Below are positions 1 through 12,544 of a stretch of DNA of 64,000 nucleotides, piece after piece. The notes under the pieces were generated by a model that saw only the letters and a program-made list of their open reading frames with translations, did not search any database and was not told where the DNA came from. Numbering within the stretch: the first letter of the stretch is position 1; each line of letters starts with the position of its first letter. This DNA is from Actinomycetes bacterium (GTDB lineage Bacteria > Actinomycetota > Actinomycetes > JACCUZ01): assembly GCA_038246545.1 (NCBI GenBank), contig JBBRVW010000018.1:6490-70489 (forward strand). Reading direction: 5' to 3'. A program made the translations under genes and the position numbers.

Positions 1-2155
<2,155 letters not shown>

Positions 2156-2163
<8 letters not shown>

Positions 2164-3151
2164 GGTCACGTTCCGGGACGTCGGGCCGGATGACGAGAAG
2201 GACCTGCGCCGCTGGTACGACCTCGCTTCCGTCACGCACAGGGCGGACCGCCCCGGGGACCCGGTGCCCGGGTTCCACGCCTGGGCCGGGCACGTCACGA
2301 CCCCGATGCCCGGCTCGGAGGTCCACCTCGCCGTGGCCGAGGTCGACGGGCAGCTGGTCGGCTGGCTGGGCCTGTACCTGTCGACCCGGGAGAACCTCGA
2401 CGCCTGCCCCGCCGAGCTCGCGGTGCACCCCGACCACCGGCGCCGCGGCCACGGACGCGCCCTCGTCGACGAGTGGGCCCGGCGGGCCGAGGCATGCGGC
2501 CGAAGCCGCCTGCTCACGGAGGCCGCCGAAGGCGCCGGTGCCGCATGTGCCGCGGCACTGGGGTTCCGGGACGTCCTGGCAGACACCCAGCGCCGGCTCG
2601 ACCTCACGGCGCTCGACGAGACCCGGCTGGCGGACCTGCTGGCCGACGCCCGGGCGCACGCGGCGGGCTACACGCTGGTGCGGTGGATCGGCGCCAGCCC
2701 CGCGGAGCACCTGCCGGGCATGGCCGCCCTGCAGAGCCGGATGACGACGGACGCCCCGCTGGACGACCTCAGCTGGGAGCAGGAGGTCTACGACGCCGAC
2801 CGGCTCCGGGAGAACGAGCGGATCTGGGTCGACCGCGACACCCGGCTCTGCACGACGGCGGTCGTCCACGACGCCACCGGCGACCTGGTCGGATCGACGA
2901 CCGCGGTGCTGTTCGCCGACTGCGACGACGGCGCCTACCAGTGGCAGACCATCGTGTCGCCCGAGCACCGGGGCCACCGGCTCGGCATGCTGCTCAAGAT
3001 CGAGAACCTGGCGTTCCTGCGCGCGCACGAACCAGCCCTCCGCACGGTCGACACCTGGAACGCCGACTCGAACGCGCACATGCTGCGCGTCAACCTGGCG
3101 ATGGGCTTCGAGGTCGTGCGGCGGTGGTCGGAGTACGAGAAGGCAGTGTGA
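2156..3151 (+). CDS. tandem-GNAT (two acetyltransferase domains) protein, paralog B
   Basis: Same architecture and clear sequence similarity to the upstream gene along the whole length (HRRRGHGRAL...; HRGHRLGMLLK...TWNADSNAHMLRVNLAMGF). 4-nt ATGA overlap with paralog A. Confidence 0.75.
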
Positions 3152-3169
3152 CCGGGACCAGGACCCCGG

Positions 3170-3658
3170 TCAGCCCTCGTCGTCCCACGGCCCGGGCGCG
3201 TTGACCGCCCATCGACCGGACTGAAGCCGCACCCGGCTGAGATCGTCACCACCGCACGGGCAGGACGGGCGGTGGGTCCAGTCGACGCCGACATCGAGGG
3301 CGAACCAGACCTGCTTTCCGCCGTCGACCCTGGCGACGCCCCAGTCCTCGGCGAGCCTCTCGACCAGCTTGAGCCCGCGGCCACCCTCAGCGGTGCGAGC
3401 CGCGGCGCGTGGCCGTGGCAGGTCGGCTGACGCGTCGGTGACCCCGATCTCGGCGGTGCCCTCGGCGACCGCGACCGACACCGTCACGTCAGTGCGGGCA
3501 TGGAGCACGGCGTTGGTCACGAGCTCGCTGGTGAGCAGCTCGGCGTCCACCGCGAGAGCCTCGAGCTCCCACCGACGCAGGGCCGAGGAGACGAAGGCCC
3601 GGGCCTCGGCGACCGCCGAGGTGGAGCCGGCGAGCTCCGTGCTCGCAACGCGACACAT
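3170..3658 (-). CDS. anti-sigma regulatory factor / HATPase_c (RsbW-like serine kinase fold)
   Basis: Motifs LTSELVTNAVLHA...EGGRGLKLVERLAEDWGV. ATG at 3658 preceded by a GGGGAGA Shine-Dalgarno sequence. No partner STAS or sigma gene adjacent. Confidence 0.65.
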   Translation of the reverse strand: MCRVASTELAGSTSAVAEARAFVSSALRRWELEALAVDAELLTSELVTNAVLHARTDVTVSVAVAEGTAEIGVTDASADLPRPRAAARTAEGGRGLKLVERLAEDWGVARVDGGKQVWFALDVGVDWTHRPSCPCGGDDLSRVRLQSGRWAVNAPGPWDDEG

Positions 3659-3729
3659 GCGCTTCTCCCCACTGCGGAGCTCGCTGCTGAACCCCTCTGG
3701 GGACTGCATGCCCAGCCGTCTCCTGCCGA

Positions 3730-3746
3730 ATCCCCGCATCGGGGAT
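3730..3746 (-). terminator. possible terminator hairpin about 20 nt downstream of era stop
   Basis: ATCCCCG-CAT-CGGGGAT perfect 7-bp inverted repeat. No U-tract. Confidence 0.25.
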
Positions 3747-3766
3747 CATCGACCGCCGGGGGGAGG

Positions 3767-4687
3767 TCAGAATCCGAGCTTGCGCAGCTGGCGCGGGTCG
3801 CGCTGCCAGTCCTTTGCCACCGTGACGTGCAGGTCGAGGAAGACAGGGGTGCCGAGGAAGGCCTCGATCGCCGCCCGGGACCGGGTGCCGATGTCCTTGA
3901 GCCGGGCGCCCTTGGGGCCGATCACGATGGCCTTCTGGGTCTGCCTCTCGACGTAGAGATAGGCGTAGATGTCCAGCAGTGGGCGATCCGGGTGGCGGTC
4001 CTCGCGCGGGCGCATCTCCTCGATCACGACGGCGATCGAGTGCGGCAGCTCGTCGCGCACCCCCTCCAGCGCCGCCTCCCGGATCAGCTCGGCGACCAGG
4101 ATCATCTCGGGCGCGTCGGTCAGCTCGCCGTCGAGGTAGAGCGGCGGCGACTCGGGCAGCAGGGCCGCGAGCAGGTCGCCGAGCAGGTCGACCTGGTCGC
4201 CGGCCGTCGCCGAGACCGGGACCACCTCTGCCCACTCGATACCGACCTCGCGCCCGAGGTCGGCCACCGCCATCAGCGCCTCCGCGACCCGGTCCCGCGC
4301 GACCCGGTCGGTCTTGGTGACGACGGCGACCTTCTTGGTGTGGCCGAGCTCGGCCAGCTCGCGCGCGATGTAGCGGTCGCCGGGCCCGATCTTCTCGTCC
4401 GCCGGCAGGCAGAGGCCCACCACGTCGACCTGCGACCAGGCGGTACGAACCTCCTCGTTCAGCCGCTCGCCCAGCAGGGTGCGGGGCCGGTGCAGGCCGG
4501 GGGTGTCGAGGACGACGAGCTGGGCGTCCGGGCGGTGCACGATGCCGCGCACGACACGGCGCGTCGTCTGCGGCTTGCTCGAGGTGATGACGACCTTCTC
4601 GCCGACGAGGGCATTCGTCAGGGTCGACTTCCCGGCGTTGGGACGGCCGACGAAGGCGATGAAGCCGGCCCGGTGCGCGGCGGTCAC
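3767..4687 (-). CDS. era: GTPase Era
   Basis: GRPNAGKSTL P-loop, TTRRVVRG and a KH domain C-terminus. GTG start at 4687 overlaps the upstream stop (GTGA). Confidence 0.9.
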   Translation of the reverse strand: MTAAHRAGFIAFVGRPNAGKSTLTNALVGEKVVITSSKPQTTRRVVRGIVHRPDAQLVVLDTPGLHRPRTLLGERLNEEVRTAWSQVDVVGLCLPADEKIGPGDRYIARELAELGHTKKVAVVTKTDRVARDRVAEALMAVADLGREVGIEWAEVVPVSATAGDQVDLLGDLLAALLPESPPLYLDGELTDAPEMILVAELIREAALEGVRDELPHSIAVVIEEMRPREDRHPDRPLLDIYAYLYVERQTQKAIVIGPKGARLKDIGTRSRAAIEAFLGTPVFLDLHVTVAKDWQRDPRQLRKLGF

Positions 4688-5847
4688 GGCATCACGGCCG
4701 GGTCGGCCACGGTGCCGGCTTCCTGCGCCAGCCGGTCCCGGCGGGCGCCGGCCAGGTGTGAGGAGACCGCGTTGATGACGGCAGCCAGGGGCACCGCGAT
4801 GAGCGCACCGAAGATGCCCGCAACCTCGGCACCGACGGCGATGGAGACAACGATGGCGAGAGGGTGCACCCGCACGAGACGCCCCATCAGGAAGGGTTGC
4901 AGCACATGGCCCTCGAGCTGCTGCACGGCCACGACCCCGACCAGCATGATGAGCGCCGTCACCGGGCCGACCGCGACGAGCGCGACAGCGACCGCGACGA
5001 TGCCGCTGATCGCCGCGCCGACGACCGGGATGAAGGCACCGAGAAACACCAGGACACCCAGCGGCAGGACGAGGGGCAGCCCCAGGACCAGCGCAACCAG
5101 CGAGATGCCGAGCGCGTCGGTCGCGGCGATGACCAGGGTCGCCCGCACGTAGGCCGTCAGGACGGCCCAGGCCCGCTCGCCGCTGCCGTGCACCCGGTCC
5201 CGAGCCGGCTCGGGGAACAGCGAGACGAGCCAGCGCCAGATCCCGCGGCCGTCGTAGGTGAAGAAGATCGTGGCGAACAGCGCGATGAACAGGCCCGCGA
5301 GCAGGTGCCCCGCCGTCGTCGCCGTCTTGACGACCGTGCCGCCGAGATTGCCCTGCCCGGAGCTCACGCCCGTGCGCACCTTGTCGAAGAAGTCGGACAG
5401 CTGGGCCGGGCTCAGCCCGAGCCGGGTGAGGTAGTGCTCCAGCTTGTCCAGGCTGCCGTTGAACGAGTCGCGGAGGTCGCCGAAGCCGGAGGAGAACTGT
5501 TGGGCGACGAGGGCCACGAGCGCCGCCATGCACGCGATGCCGCCGACGACCACGAGCATCGTCGCCACACCGCGCGGCAGGTTCCACCCCACCAGGCGGT
5601 CGGCTATCGGCGACAGGGCGGCTGAGATGAGCAGTCCGATGATCACGGGCACGAGCACCACCGAGAGCACCGAGAACACGCGCAGGAACACGTAGACCGC
5701 GCCCACCACGAGCAGCAGCCGCCAGGCCCAGGCCGCCGAGAACCGCAGCACGTAAGGCGTCTCAACGCCGTCGAGGGGCGTGGGGTCGTGGGGGTGGACG
5801 GCCGGCACGACGGGCGAGGGCGCTGCCGGACGGCGGGTGCGGAACAT
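4684..5847 (-). CDS. AI-2E family (PerM/UPF0118) membrane transporter
   Basis: Polytopic membrane protein with typical AI-2E pattern (...ATIFFTYDG..., LPLVLPLGVLVFLGAFIPVVGAAISG). Confidence 0.75.
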   Translation of the reverse strand: MFRTRRPAAPSPVVPAVHPHDPTPLDGVETPYVLRFSAAWAWRLLLVVGAVYVFLRVFSVLSVVLVPVIIGLLISAALSPIADRLVGWNLPRGVATMLVVVGGIACMAALVALVAQQFSSGFGDLRDSFNGSLDKLEHYLTRLGLSPAQLSDFFDKVRTGVSSGQGNLGGTVVKTATTAGHLLAGLFIALFATIFFTYDGRGIWRWLVSLFPEPARDRVHGSGERAWAVLTAYVRATLVIAATDALGISLVALVLGLPLVLPLGVLVFLGAFIPVVGAAISGIVAVAVALVAVGPVTALIMLVGVVAVQQLEGHVLQPFLMGRLVRVHPLAIVVSIAVGAEVAGIFGALIAVPLAAVINAVSSHLAGARRDRLAQEAGTVADPAVMP

Positions 5848-5863
5848 GCGCTGACGGTAACCG

Positions 5864-6229
5864 TCAGGTGCCGGAGCGACCCAACCCGCGGGGCGCGCCC
5901 GGTCGAGGCGTCCCGTCGGGCGCCGCGCCGATCACCGTCGGGACCGCGAGGTCAGCGAGCACGGCCAGGTCCTCCGCGGACAGCTCGTCGGCCGCGGAGA
6001 CCACCACGGCTGCGTCCAGCCGGTCGGCGCCACTGGAGACCGCAGCGGCCACCGCCGCCTGCAGTGCGCTGAGCCGCAGCGACGGAAGCGCGACGGTCGC
6101 GGCGGCGTAGGTGCGGCCGATGTCGTCGCGCACGGCAGCCCCCTCGACCGCCTGGGAGCGTGCCCGGGCCGCCCGGGCCAGTGTCACGAGCTTGGCGTCC
6201 TCCGCCGGGAGCTCACGGCTCGCGGGCAT
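5864..6229 (-). CDS. small conserved hypothetical protein in the era operon
   Basis: 121-aa Ala-rich ORF. Position between corC-like and era matches the Mtb Rv2365c slot. A deaminase-like fold is only an inference. Confidence 0.4.
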   Translation of the reverse strand: MPASRELPAEDAKLVTLARAARARSQAVEGAAVRDDIGRTYAAATVALPSLRLSALQAAVAAAVSSGADRLDAAVVVSAADELSAEDLAVLADLAVPTVIGAAPDGTPRPGAPRGLGRSGT

Positions 6230-7517
6230 CGGCAGCCTCCAGGCCCGCGTCGTCGGGTTCCTCGTCGACCTGGCGCACCAGCACCGTGCCGATCCGATTG
6301 CGACGGCCCTGGGCGCTCTCCGCGGTCAGCTCGATGCCGTTGAGCCACACCTGGGCGCCAGGGATCGGCACCCGGCCGAGGTGCTTGGCGAGCAGGCCGC
6401 CGACGGTGTCGACGTCGTCGTCCTCGAGCTCCACGCCGAGCCGTTCCGAGAGCTCGTCGAGGTGCAGGCGGGTGCTGACGCGCAGCGACCCGTCGTCGAG
6501 CTCGTCCACCAGCGGCGGCTCGACGTCGTACTCGTCGGCGATCTCGCCGACGATCTCCTCGAGGACGTCCTCGATGGTCACGATGCCGGCCGTACCGCCG
6601 TACTCGTCGACGACGATCGCGACGTGGGTCTGCTGGGACTGCATCTCGCGGAGCAGCTCGTCGACCGGCTTGCTCTCCGGGACGAAGACGGCCGGGCGCA
6701 TGACCGAGTCGACCTTCTCGATCGACTCGCCGTCTCGGTGCACGTAGGTTCGCCGGACCAGGTCCTTGAGGTAGACCACCCCGAGAACGTCGTCGAACCC
6801 CTCGCCGATGACCGGGATGCGACTGAATCCGCTGCGCAACGCGAGCGACAGGGCCTGCCGGAGCGTCTTGGTCCGCTCGATGAAGACGACGTCGGTGCGC
6901 GGCACCATCACTTCGCGCACGATCGTGTCGCCGAGCTCGAAGACCGAGTGGATCATCACTCGCTCGCGGTCCTCGATGAGCTGGTTCTCCTCGGCGAGGT
7001 CCACCAGGTCGCGCAGCTCGGCCTCGGTCGAGAACGGGCCCTCGCGGTAACCCTTGCCGGGGGTCAGGGCGTTGCCCACGAGGATCAGCAGCTGCGGCAC
7101 GGGACCCAGCACCCGGGCGAGCGGGTGCACCAGACGAGCGGCGGCGAGGGCCACCGGACCGGGGTGCTGCCGGCCCAGCGTCCGCGGCGAGACGCCGATG
7201 GCGACATAGGAGATGACGACCATCGACGCAGCGGCAGCGAGTGCAGCGCGCCACACGGTGTCGAAGAGGTTCAGCGACGCGATCGTGACCAGGACGGTCG
7301 CGACCAGCTCCGCCGAGACACGCAGCAGGGTGAGCAGGTTGAGGTAGCGAGCGGGGTCGTCGAGCACCTGCCGCAGCCGCTGGGCGCCGTGGCGCCCCTG
7401 CCGCTCGTAGTCGTCGGCGGCGACGCGCGACACCTTCGACAGCGCGGCCTCGGCGCCGGCGAACAGGCCCGCCACCAGCACCAGGAAGCCGGCGAGGACC
7501 AGCTGGAGCACCGTCAT
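6213..7517 (-). CDS. CNNM/CorC-HlyC family transporter (DUF21 + CBS pair + CorC_HlyC)
   Basis: N-terminal TM region, CBS-domain motifs and C-terminal transporter-associated domain. ATG at 7517 overlaps ybeY stop (ATGA). Confidence 0.85.
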   Translation of the reverse strand: MTVLQLVLAGFLVLVAGLFAGAEAALSKVSRVAADDYERQGRHGAQRLRQVLDDPARYLNLLTLLRVSAELVATVLVTIASLNLFDTVWRAALAAAASMVVISYVAIGVSPRTLGRQHPGPVALAAARLVHPLARVLGPVPQLLILVGNALTPGKGYREGPFSTEAELRDLVDLAEENQLIEDRERVMIHSVFELGDTIVREVMVPRTDVVFIERTKTLRQALSLALRSGFSRIPVIGEGFDDVLGVVYLKDLVRRTYVHRDGESIEKVDSVMRPAVFVPESKPVDELLREMQSQQTHVAIVVDEYGGTAGIVTIEDVLEEIVGEIADEYDVEPPLVDELDDGSLRVSTRLHLDELSERLGVELEDDDVDTVGGLLAKHLGRVPIPGAQVWLNGIELTAESAQGRRNRIGTVLVRQVDEEPDDAGLEAADAREP

Positions 7518-8002
7518 GCGTGGCCGTCCTCGCGCGCGGCCGCCCAGTCCTCGAGCAGCCGGGACTGCAGGCCGAACATCTCGCGCTCCTCGTCGGGCTC
7601 CGCGTGGTCGTAGCCGAGCAGGTGCAGGATTCCGTGGGTCGTGAGCAGGTCGAGCTCCTGCTCGGTCGGGTGACCGGCGGCCGCTGCCTGCTCGGCCGCG
7701 ACGGCGGGGCAGAGCACCACGTCGCCGAGCAGCCCGGGCTCGGGCTCCTCGTCGTCCTTGCCCGGCCGCAGTTCGTCCATGGGGAAGGACAGGACGTCGG
7801 TGGGTCCCTCCTCGTCCATCCACTGCACGTGCAGCGACGCCATCGTCTCGACGTCGACCGCCAGCACCGACAGCTCGGCCTGCGGGTGCACGCGGAGTCG
7901 GTCGAGCACGAAGCGCGCCAGGGCGGCGATCCGCTCGCCGTCGACAGCCGCGCCGGACTCGTCGTTGACCTCGATGCTCACAACGTCTCCGTGGTCGGGC
8001 AC
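7514..8002 (-). CDS. ybeY: rRNA maturation endoribonuclease YbeY
   Basis: Signature [11 protein letters not shown] zinc-binding motif. Start is GTG at 8002, or GTG at 7981 giving MSIEVNDE. Confidence 0.85.
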   Translation of the reverse strand: MPDHGDVVSIEVNDESGAAVDGERIAALARFVLDRLRVHPQAELSVLAVDVETMASLHVQWMDEEGPTDVLSFPMDELRPGKDDEEPEPGLLGDVVLCPAVAAEQAAAAGHPTEQELDLLTTHGILHLLGYDHAEPDEEREMFGLQSRLLEDWAAAREDGHA

Positions 8003-9027
8003 TAGCGTCGTCGGCGGCCGGAGGATCCCGTGCCGCCCTGCCGGCCCTGCGTGGCGTCGTCGGCGGCGTCGAACCGGCCGTAGGCGTCGACGATGTCGCT
8101 CACCAGCCGGTGCCGCACCACGTCCTGGCTGGACAGCCGGCAGAACTCGACGTCGTCGATGCCGTCGAGGATGCCCTGCACGACCCGCAGCCCGCTCTGG
8201 GTGCCGCCTGGCAGGTCGACCTGGGTGACGTCGCCGGTGACCACCATCTTGGAGCCGAAGCCGAGCCGGGTGAGGAACATCTTCATCTGCTCGGCCGAGC
8301 TGTTCTGCGCCTCGTCCAGGATGATGAACGCATCGTTGAGCGTCCGTCCCCGCATGTACGCCAGGGGGGCGACCTCGATGGTGCCGGCGGTCATCAGGCG
8401 CGGGATCGAGTCAGGGTCGACCATGTCGTGCAGAGCGTCGTAGAGCGGCCGCAGGTAGGGGTCGATCTTCTCGTAGAGGGTGCCGGGGAGGAAGCCGAGC
8501 CGCTCCCCCGCCTCGACGGCCGGCCGGGTCAGGATGATCCGGTTGACCTGCTTGGCCTGCAGCGCCTGGACGGCCTTGGCCATCGCGAGGTAGGTCTTGC
8601 CGGTGCCTGCCGGCCCGATGCCGAACACGACCGTGTTGCGGTCGATCGCGTCGACGTAGCGCTTCTGGTTGAGCGTCTTGGGCCGGATGGTGCGACCGCG
8701 GTTGGACAGGATGTTGAGGGTGAGCACGTCGGCCGGACGCTCACCGGTCTCGGTCCGCAGCATGGCGACCATCCGCTCCACCGACTCGGCGGAGACGCCC
8801 TGACCGGTGCGCAGCACGGTGACCAGCTCGTCGAAGAGCCGCTCGGCGAGCGCGACCTCGCCGGGCTCGCCGCTGATGCTGATCTCGTTGCCGCGCACGG
8901 AGATGTCGGCGGTCGGGAAGGCCTGCTCGACGACGCGCAGCAGCTCGTCCCTCGTGCCGAGGACGGCGACCATCGGCTGGCTTGGCGGAACGACGACGGT
9001 CGTCCGGGTCTGGGGTGACTCAGTCAT
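8002..9027 (-). CDS. phoH: PhoH-like ATPase (YbeZ)
   Basis: Walker [12 protein letters not shown] and PhoH core ([23 protein letters not shown]). ATG at 9027. Confidence 0.85.
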   Translation of the reverse strand: MTESPQTRTTVVVPPSQPMVAVLGTRDELLRVVEQAFPTADISVRGNEISISGEPGEVALAERLFDELVTVLRTGQGVSAESVERMVAMLRTETGERPADVLTLNILSNRGRTIRPKTLNQKRYVDAIDRNTVVFGIGPAGTGKTYLAMAKAVQALQAKQVNRIILTRPAVEAGERLGFLPGTLYEKIDPYLRPLYDALHDMVDPDSIPRLMTAGTIEVAPLAYMRGRTLNDAFIILDEAQNSSAEQMKMFLTRLGFGSKMVVTGDVTQVDLPGGTQSGLRVVQGILDGIDDVEFCRLSSQDVVRHRLVSDIVDAYGRFDAADDATQGRQGGTGSSGRRRR

Positions 9028-9077
9028 GTGGGTATCGATGCTAGGCGATGTACGCGCGCCCGGCCCAGCGCGCTCGT

Positions 9078-10427
9078 TCAGGCACCGAACGGGCGCGGGT
9101 CGCGAGTGACGGGGTAGGTCGCCCAGTAGAGCCGGTCGACGGACCCGTCGGCGGCGCGGACGACCCGCAGCACCTCGCCCTGCTCGCGGCCGGAGACGAC
9201 GCGGAACCGGTCCGGTCCCTCCTCTGCGAGCACCGCCGGGGGCCGCTTCGGGCCGCCCGACACCGGCCGCACCTCGAGCCTGCCCTCCCGGGCCGAGAAG
9301 ACGTAGGGCGTGCCCTCGGCCCACCACTGGCCGAGCAGCTCCTCGACGTGCGCCGGCACCGCCGGGCCGGGGCGCCAGGTCTCGGCGACGTCCGGGTCGT
9401 CGGCGAGGACGCGCAGCACGAGGTCGACGGCAAGCCCGCCCGGGTCCGCCGACGCCGAGGTATTGACCAGGACGACGGCGCCGACCTTCTCCGGCCGGCG
9501 CACGGCCAGGCCGGCGAGGAAGCCCGGCATGGCCCCGTCGTGGCCGACGACGACCTTGTCACCGCGACGGTGCAGCATCAGGCCGAGACCCCAGCCGAGG
9601 GTCCATGCGTCAACGTCGTACATCGCCTGCGGGTAGCACATCTCGTCGACCGTGGACGGGGCGAGGACCGCGGGGTCGGGGTCGGCCAGGAACGACGCCC
9701 AGCGACCCAGGTCGTCGACGGTGCTCCAGAGCTCGGCGGCCGGCGCGAACGCGTTGCCGGGGAACTCCGGCTCCTCGATGAGCCGGTCGGCGTAGGGGTC
9801 GGTGAAGTAGCCACGGGCGTACGGCGCCGCTCGGCGGGTCGTCGTGCGGTCGAGCCTGAGCGGGGTCAGCACCCGATCGCGCAGCGCCTCCTCCCACGTG
9901 CTGTGGCGCAGCCGCGCGACCACCTCGCCCAGCAGCGCGTAGGCGAGGTTCGAGTAGTGCCACCGCTCCGCCGGGGCCAGCACGGCCTCGGCCTCGGCCA
10001 GCCCGGTGAGCAGCTCGTCGAGGTGCGGCCCCTCGGGCTGCTCCCAGACCTGGCCGACCGGTTCGCGCTGTAGGCCCGACAGGTGCGCGAGCATCCGGCG
10101 CACGGTCAGGCCGCCGTGTGCGGTGCCCGGCAGGTGGCGGTCGAGCGTGTCGTCGAGGCCCAGCAACCCCTCGTCGCGGCACTGCATGACCAGCACCGCC
10201 GTGAACGTCTTGGTGATGGAGCCCATCCGGAACTGCGTGTCCCCGGTGGGCAGCGCCTCACGGTCGTCGGCGTCGGTGGCGCCGACGAAGCCCCGCCAGA
10301 GCGGTGCGCCGCGGCGCACGACGCCGGCGGCCAGGGCGGCTGCGCGCCAGTCGGACTGGTGCGCGGCGACCTCGCGGTCCAGCCGGGCGAGGGTGCCGGC
10401 AGGCAGCGGCCGGTCGGCAGCGCTCAT
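9078..10427 (-). CDS. serine hydrolase, beta-lactamase/transpeptidase-like fold
   Basis: SITKTF (SxxK) active-site motif near the N-terminus, about 450 aa. Confidence 0.7.
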   Translation of the reverse strand: MSAADRPLPAGTLARLDREVAAHQSDWRAAALAAGVVRRGAPLWRGFVGATDADDREALPTGDTQFRMGSITKTFTAVLVMQCRDEGLLGLDDTLDRHLPGTAHGGLTVRRMLAHLSGLQREPVGQVWEQPEGPHLDELLTGLAEAEAVLAPAERWHYSNLAYALLGEVVARLRHSTWEEALRDRVLTPLRLDRTTTRRAAPYARGYFTDPYADRLIEEPEFPGNAFAPAAELWSTVDDLGRWASFLADPDPAVLAPSTVDEMCYPQAMYDVDAWTLGWGLGLMLHRRGDKVVVGHDGAMPGFLAGLAVRRPEKVGAVVLVNTSASADPGGLAVDLVLRVLADDPDVAETWRPGPAVPAHVEELLGQWWAEGTPYVFSAREGRLEVRPVSGGPKRPPAVLAEEGPDRFRVVSGREQGEVLRVVRAADGSVDRLYWATYPVTRDPRPFGA

Positions 10428-10798
10428 CCGGGGGGCCAGGTCAGGTCGCGGCCGGCCAGCACGTGCCCGTGCACGTGGAAGACGCTCTGTCCTGACCCGG
10501 CTCCGGTGTTGAAGACCAGGCGGTAGTCGTCGTGCCCGTCGGCGCGGGCCACCTCGGCGCCGAGCCGCACCAGCTCGGCCAGCGCCTCGGGGTCGGCAGC
10601 CGCCAGCGTGGCGACGTCCCGATGGTGCCGCCGCGGCACGACCAGCACGTGGGTGGGGGCGGCCGGCGCGAGGTCACGAAAGGCGAGCACCCGCTCGCCA
10701 CGGTGGACGACGTCGGCCGGGACCTCGCCGGCGACGACCTTGCAGAACACGCAGTCCGCGGCGCCGTCCGTGGCGCCCGGGACGTCCTCGTCAGCCAT
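10424..10798 (-). CDS. HIT family protein (histidine triad hydrolase)
   Basis: CVFCKV...HVHGHVL histidine triad. ATGA overlap with the downstream hydrolase gene. Confidence 0.8.
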   Translation of the reverse strand: MADEDVPGATDGAADCVFCKVVAGEVPADVVHRGERVLAFRDLAPAAPTHVLVVPRRHHRDVATLAAADPEALAELVRLGAEVARADGHDDYRLVFNTGAGSGQSVFHVHGHVLAGRDLTWPPG

Positions 10799-10955
10799 GA
10801 CGTGACCTTACCGAGAGGGTCACGGGCGGCGTGGCGGGCTGCGGCGCGGTGCCTACGGCCGGTAGACCGGAGAACCGGTCGGTAAACCGACCGGCCGAGC
10901 CGCACGTCGTACCTGTGTGACCGGTCTGATGACGAGAGCTGCGACGAGGAGCGGC

Positions 10956-11471
10956 ATGACCATCCCGGCGGAGCGCGTCTGGGCGGCCGACGAAGCCGTG
11001 ACCCAGCTCTACGCGGCGCACTACCGCTCGCTCGTCCGGCTCGGCGCCCTGCTGCTGCGCGACACCGCCGTCGCCGAGGAGGTCGTGCAGGACGCCTTCG
11101 TCGCGATGCACGGCGCCTGGCGCCGGCTGCAGGACCCGGACCGGGCGCTGGCTTACCTGCGCCGGTCGGTGGTCAACGGGGCGCGGTCGGCGATGCGACG
11201 GCGCGAGGTGGCCACCAGGCTGGCGCCGCGACCGGCACCCGACGAGGCGAGCGCCGAGCACGGCGCGATGTTGGCCCTCGAGCACGCCGAGGTACTCGGC
11301 GCGCTGCGTGCCCTGCCGGGGCGCCAGCGCGAGGTGCTGGTCCTGCGCTACTACGTCGACCTCTCGGAGGCCGACATCGCCGACGCCCTCGGCATCAGCC
11401 GGGGAGCCGTCAAGAGCCACGCGTCCCGCGGCATGGCCGCGCTCCGCTCCGCCCTGGAGGCGACCGCATGA
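10956..11471 (+). CDS. ECF (sigma-70 family) RNA polymerase sigma factor
   Basis: Region 2 (VVQDAFVAMHGAWRRL) and region 4 helix-turn-helix (REVLVLRYYVDLSEADIADALGISRGAVKSHASRG). ATG at 10956 has a GAGGAG Shine-Dalgarno sequence. The ORF could also start at 10917 or 10929. Confidence 0.75.
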   Translation: MTIPAERVWAADEAVTQLYAAHYRSLVRLGALLLRDTAVAEEVVQDAFVAMHGAWRRLQDPDRALAYLRRSVVNGARSAMRRREVATRLAPRPAPDEASAEHGAMLALEHAEVLGALRALPGRQREVLVLRYYVDLSEADIADALGISRGAVKSHASRGMAALRSALEATA

Positions 11472-12514
11472 CCAGTCCCCACGACCCGCGCGACGGGTCC
11501 CACGACGACCAGCTGGCGGCGCGACTGCGCGACGCCCTCACCTCGGAGGCCGACATGGTCCAGCCCTCGGACGACGGTCTGCAGAACATCCGCACCGGCA
11601 TCGACACCGCCCACCGACCGTGGTGGCGGCACCCGGCGACGCCCGCGCTGGCGGCGGCCCTCGTGCTCGGTCTGATGGCCGGCGGCATCGCGGTCATCGC
11701 CGGCGGGGGTGACGACGAGGTGACCGTCGGCCCGGCGAGCGGGACACCGACGGCCGACGACGGGACCGCCTCCCCCACGACGCCGTCGGACTCGCCGTCG
11801 ACCGGCACGCCCACGCCGGTTCCGATCGAGGGCGACGTCTACGTCTACTACGTCATGGACGACGGGCAGGCGCCGCGGCTGTACCGCGAGCAGCGCCCCA
11901 ACCCCGGCATGGGCCCGGTGGATGCCGCGTTGGCCACCTTGTTCAACGAGGCGCCTGTGGACCCGCAGTACCAGTCGCCGTGGCCGGCTGGCACCACGGT
12001 GCGCGACTACTCGACGTCCGGCGACACGGCCACCCTCGACGTGTCCGACTACCCCAAGTTGGGCGCGCGGGCCGAGGAGATCGCCGTCCAGCAGCTCGTC
12101 TACACCGTGACCGCCAACGACAAGGCTGTGACGAAGGTGCGTCTTCGCATCGACGGAAAGGCTCCGCCGTCCGGACACGTCGACTGGTCCCAGCCGGTCA
12201 GCCGCGCGCCGATGCTCGACGTGCAGGGCCTGATCTGGCTTCTCACGCCGACCGAGGGCGCGAGCGTGTCGTCGCCGGTCGACTTCACCGGCTACGGCAC
12301 CGCCTTCGAGGCAACGATCAGCTGGCAGCTGCGCCAGGACGGCAAGGTCGTCGACGAAGGGACGGTCATGGGTGGCTCGAACGGCGAGTTCGGGGAGTTC
12401 ACCGGCTCGCTGGGCGACCCGCCGGCCGGCGACTACGAGCTGCGCGCGTTCGAGGCGTCCGCCAAGGACGGCAGCCCCCAGCACGTCGACACCAAGACCT
12501 TCACCGTCGAGTAG
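11468..12514 (+). CDS. putative membrane anti-sigma factor with extracytoplasmic GerMN and Gmad2 (Ig-like) domains
   Basis: Translationally coupled to the ECF sigma (ATGA). About 60-aa cytoplasmic N-terminus, one TM helix (AALVLGLMAGGIAVIAG), a Thr/Pro-rich linker, then GerMN-like and Gmad2-like domains. Confidence 0.55.
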   Translation: MTSPHDPRDGSHDDQLAARLRDALTSEADMVQPSDDGLQNIRTGIDTAHRPWWRHPATPALAAALVLGLMAGGIAVIAGGGDDEVTVGPASGTPTADDGTASPTTPSDSPSTGTPTPVPIEGDVYVYYVMDDGQAPRLYREQRPNPGMGPVDAALATLFNEAPVDPQYQSPWPAGTTVRDYSTSGDTATLDVSDYPKLGARAEEIAVQQLVYTVTANDKAVTKVRLRIDGKAPPSGHVDWSQPVSRAPMLDVQGLIWLLTPTEGASVSSPVDFTGYGTAFEATISWQLRQDGKVVDEGTVMGGSNGEFGEFTGSLGDPPAGDYELRAFEASAKDGSPQHVDTKTFTVE

Positions 12515-12544
12515 GCGACCCCACCCGCGGTCCTCATGACGTCG

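Noticed and set aside
9310-10182. Several 100-190-aa ORFs on both strands within the serine hydrolase gene
   Set aside because: These are overlapping alternative frames of a gene with a clear SxxK hydrolase signature, with no independent support.
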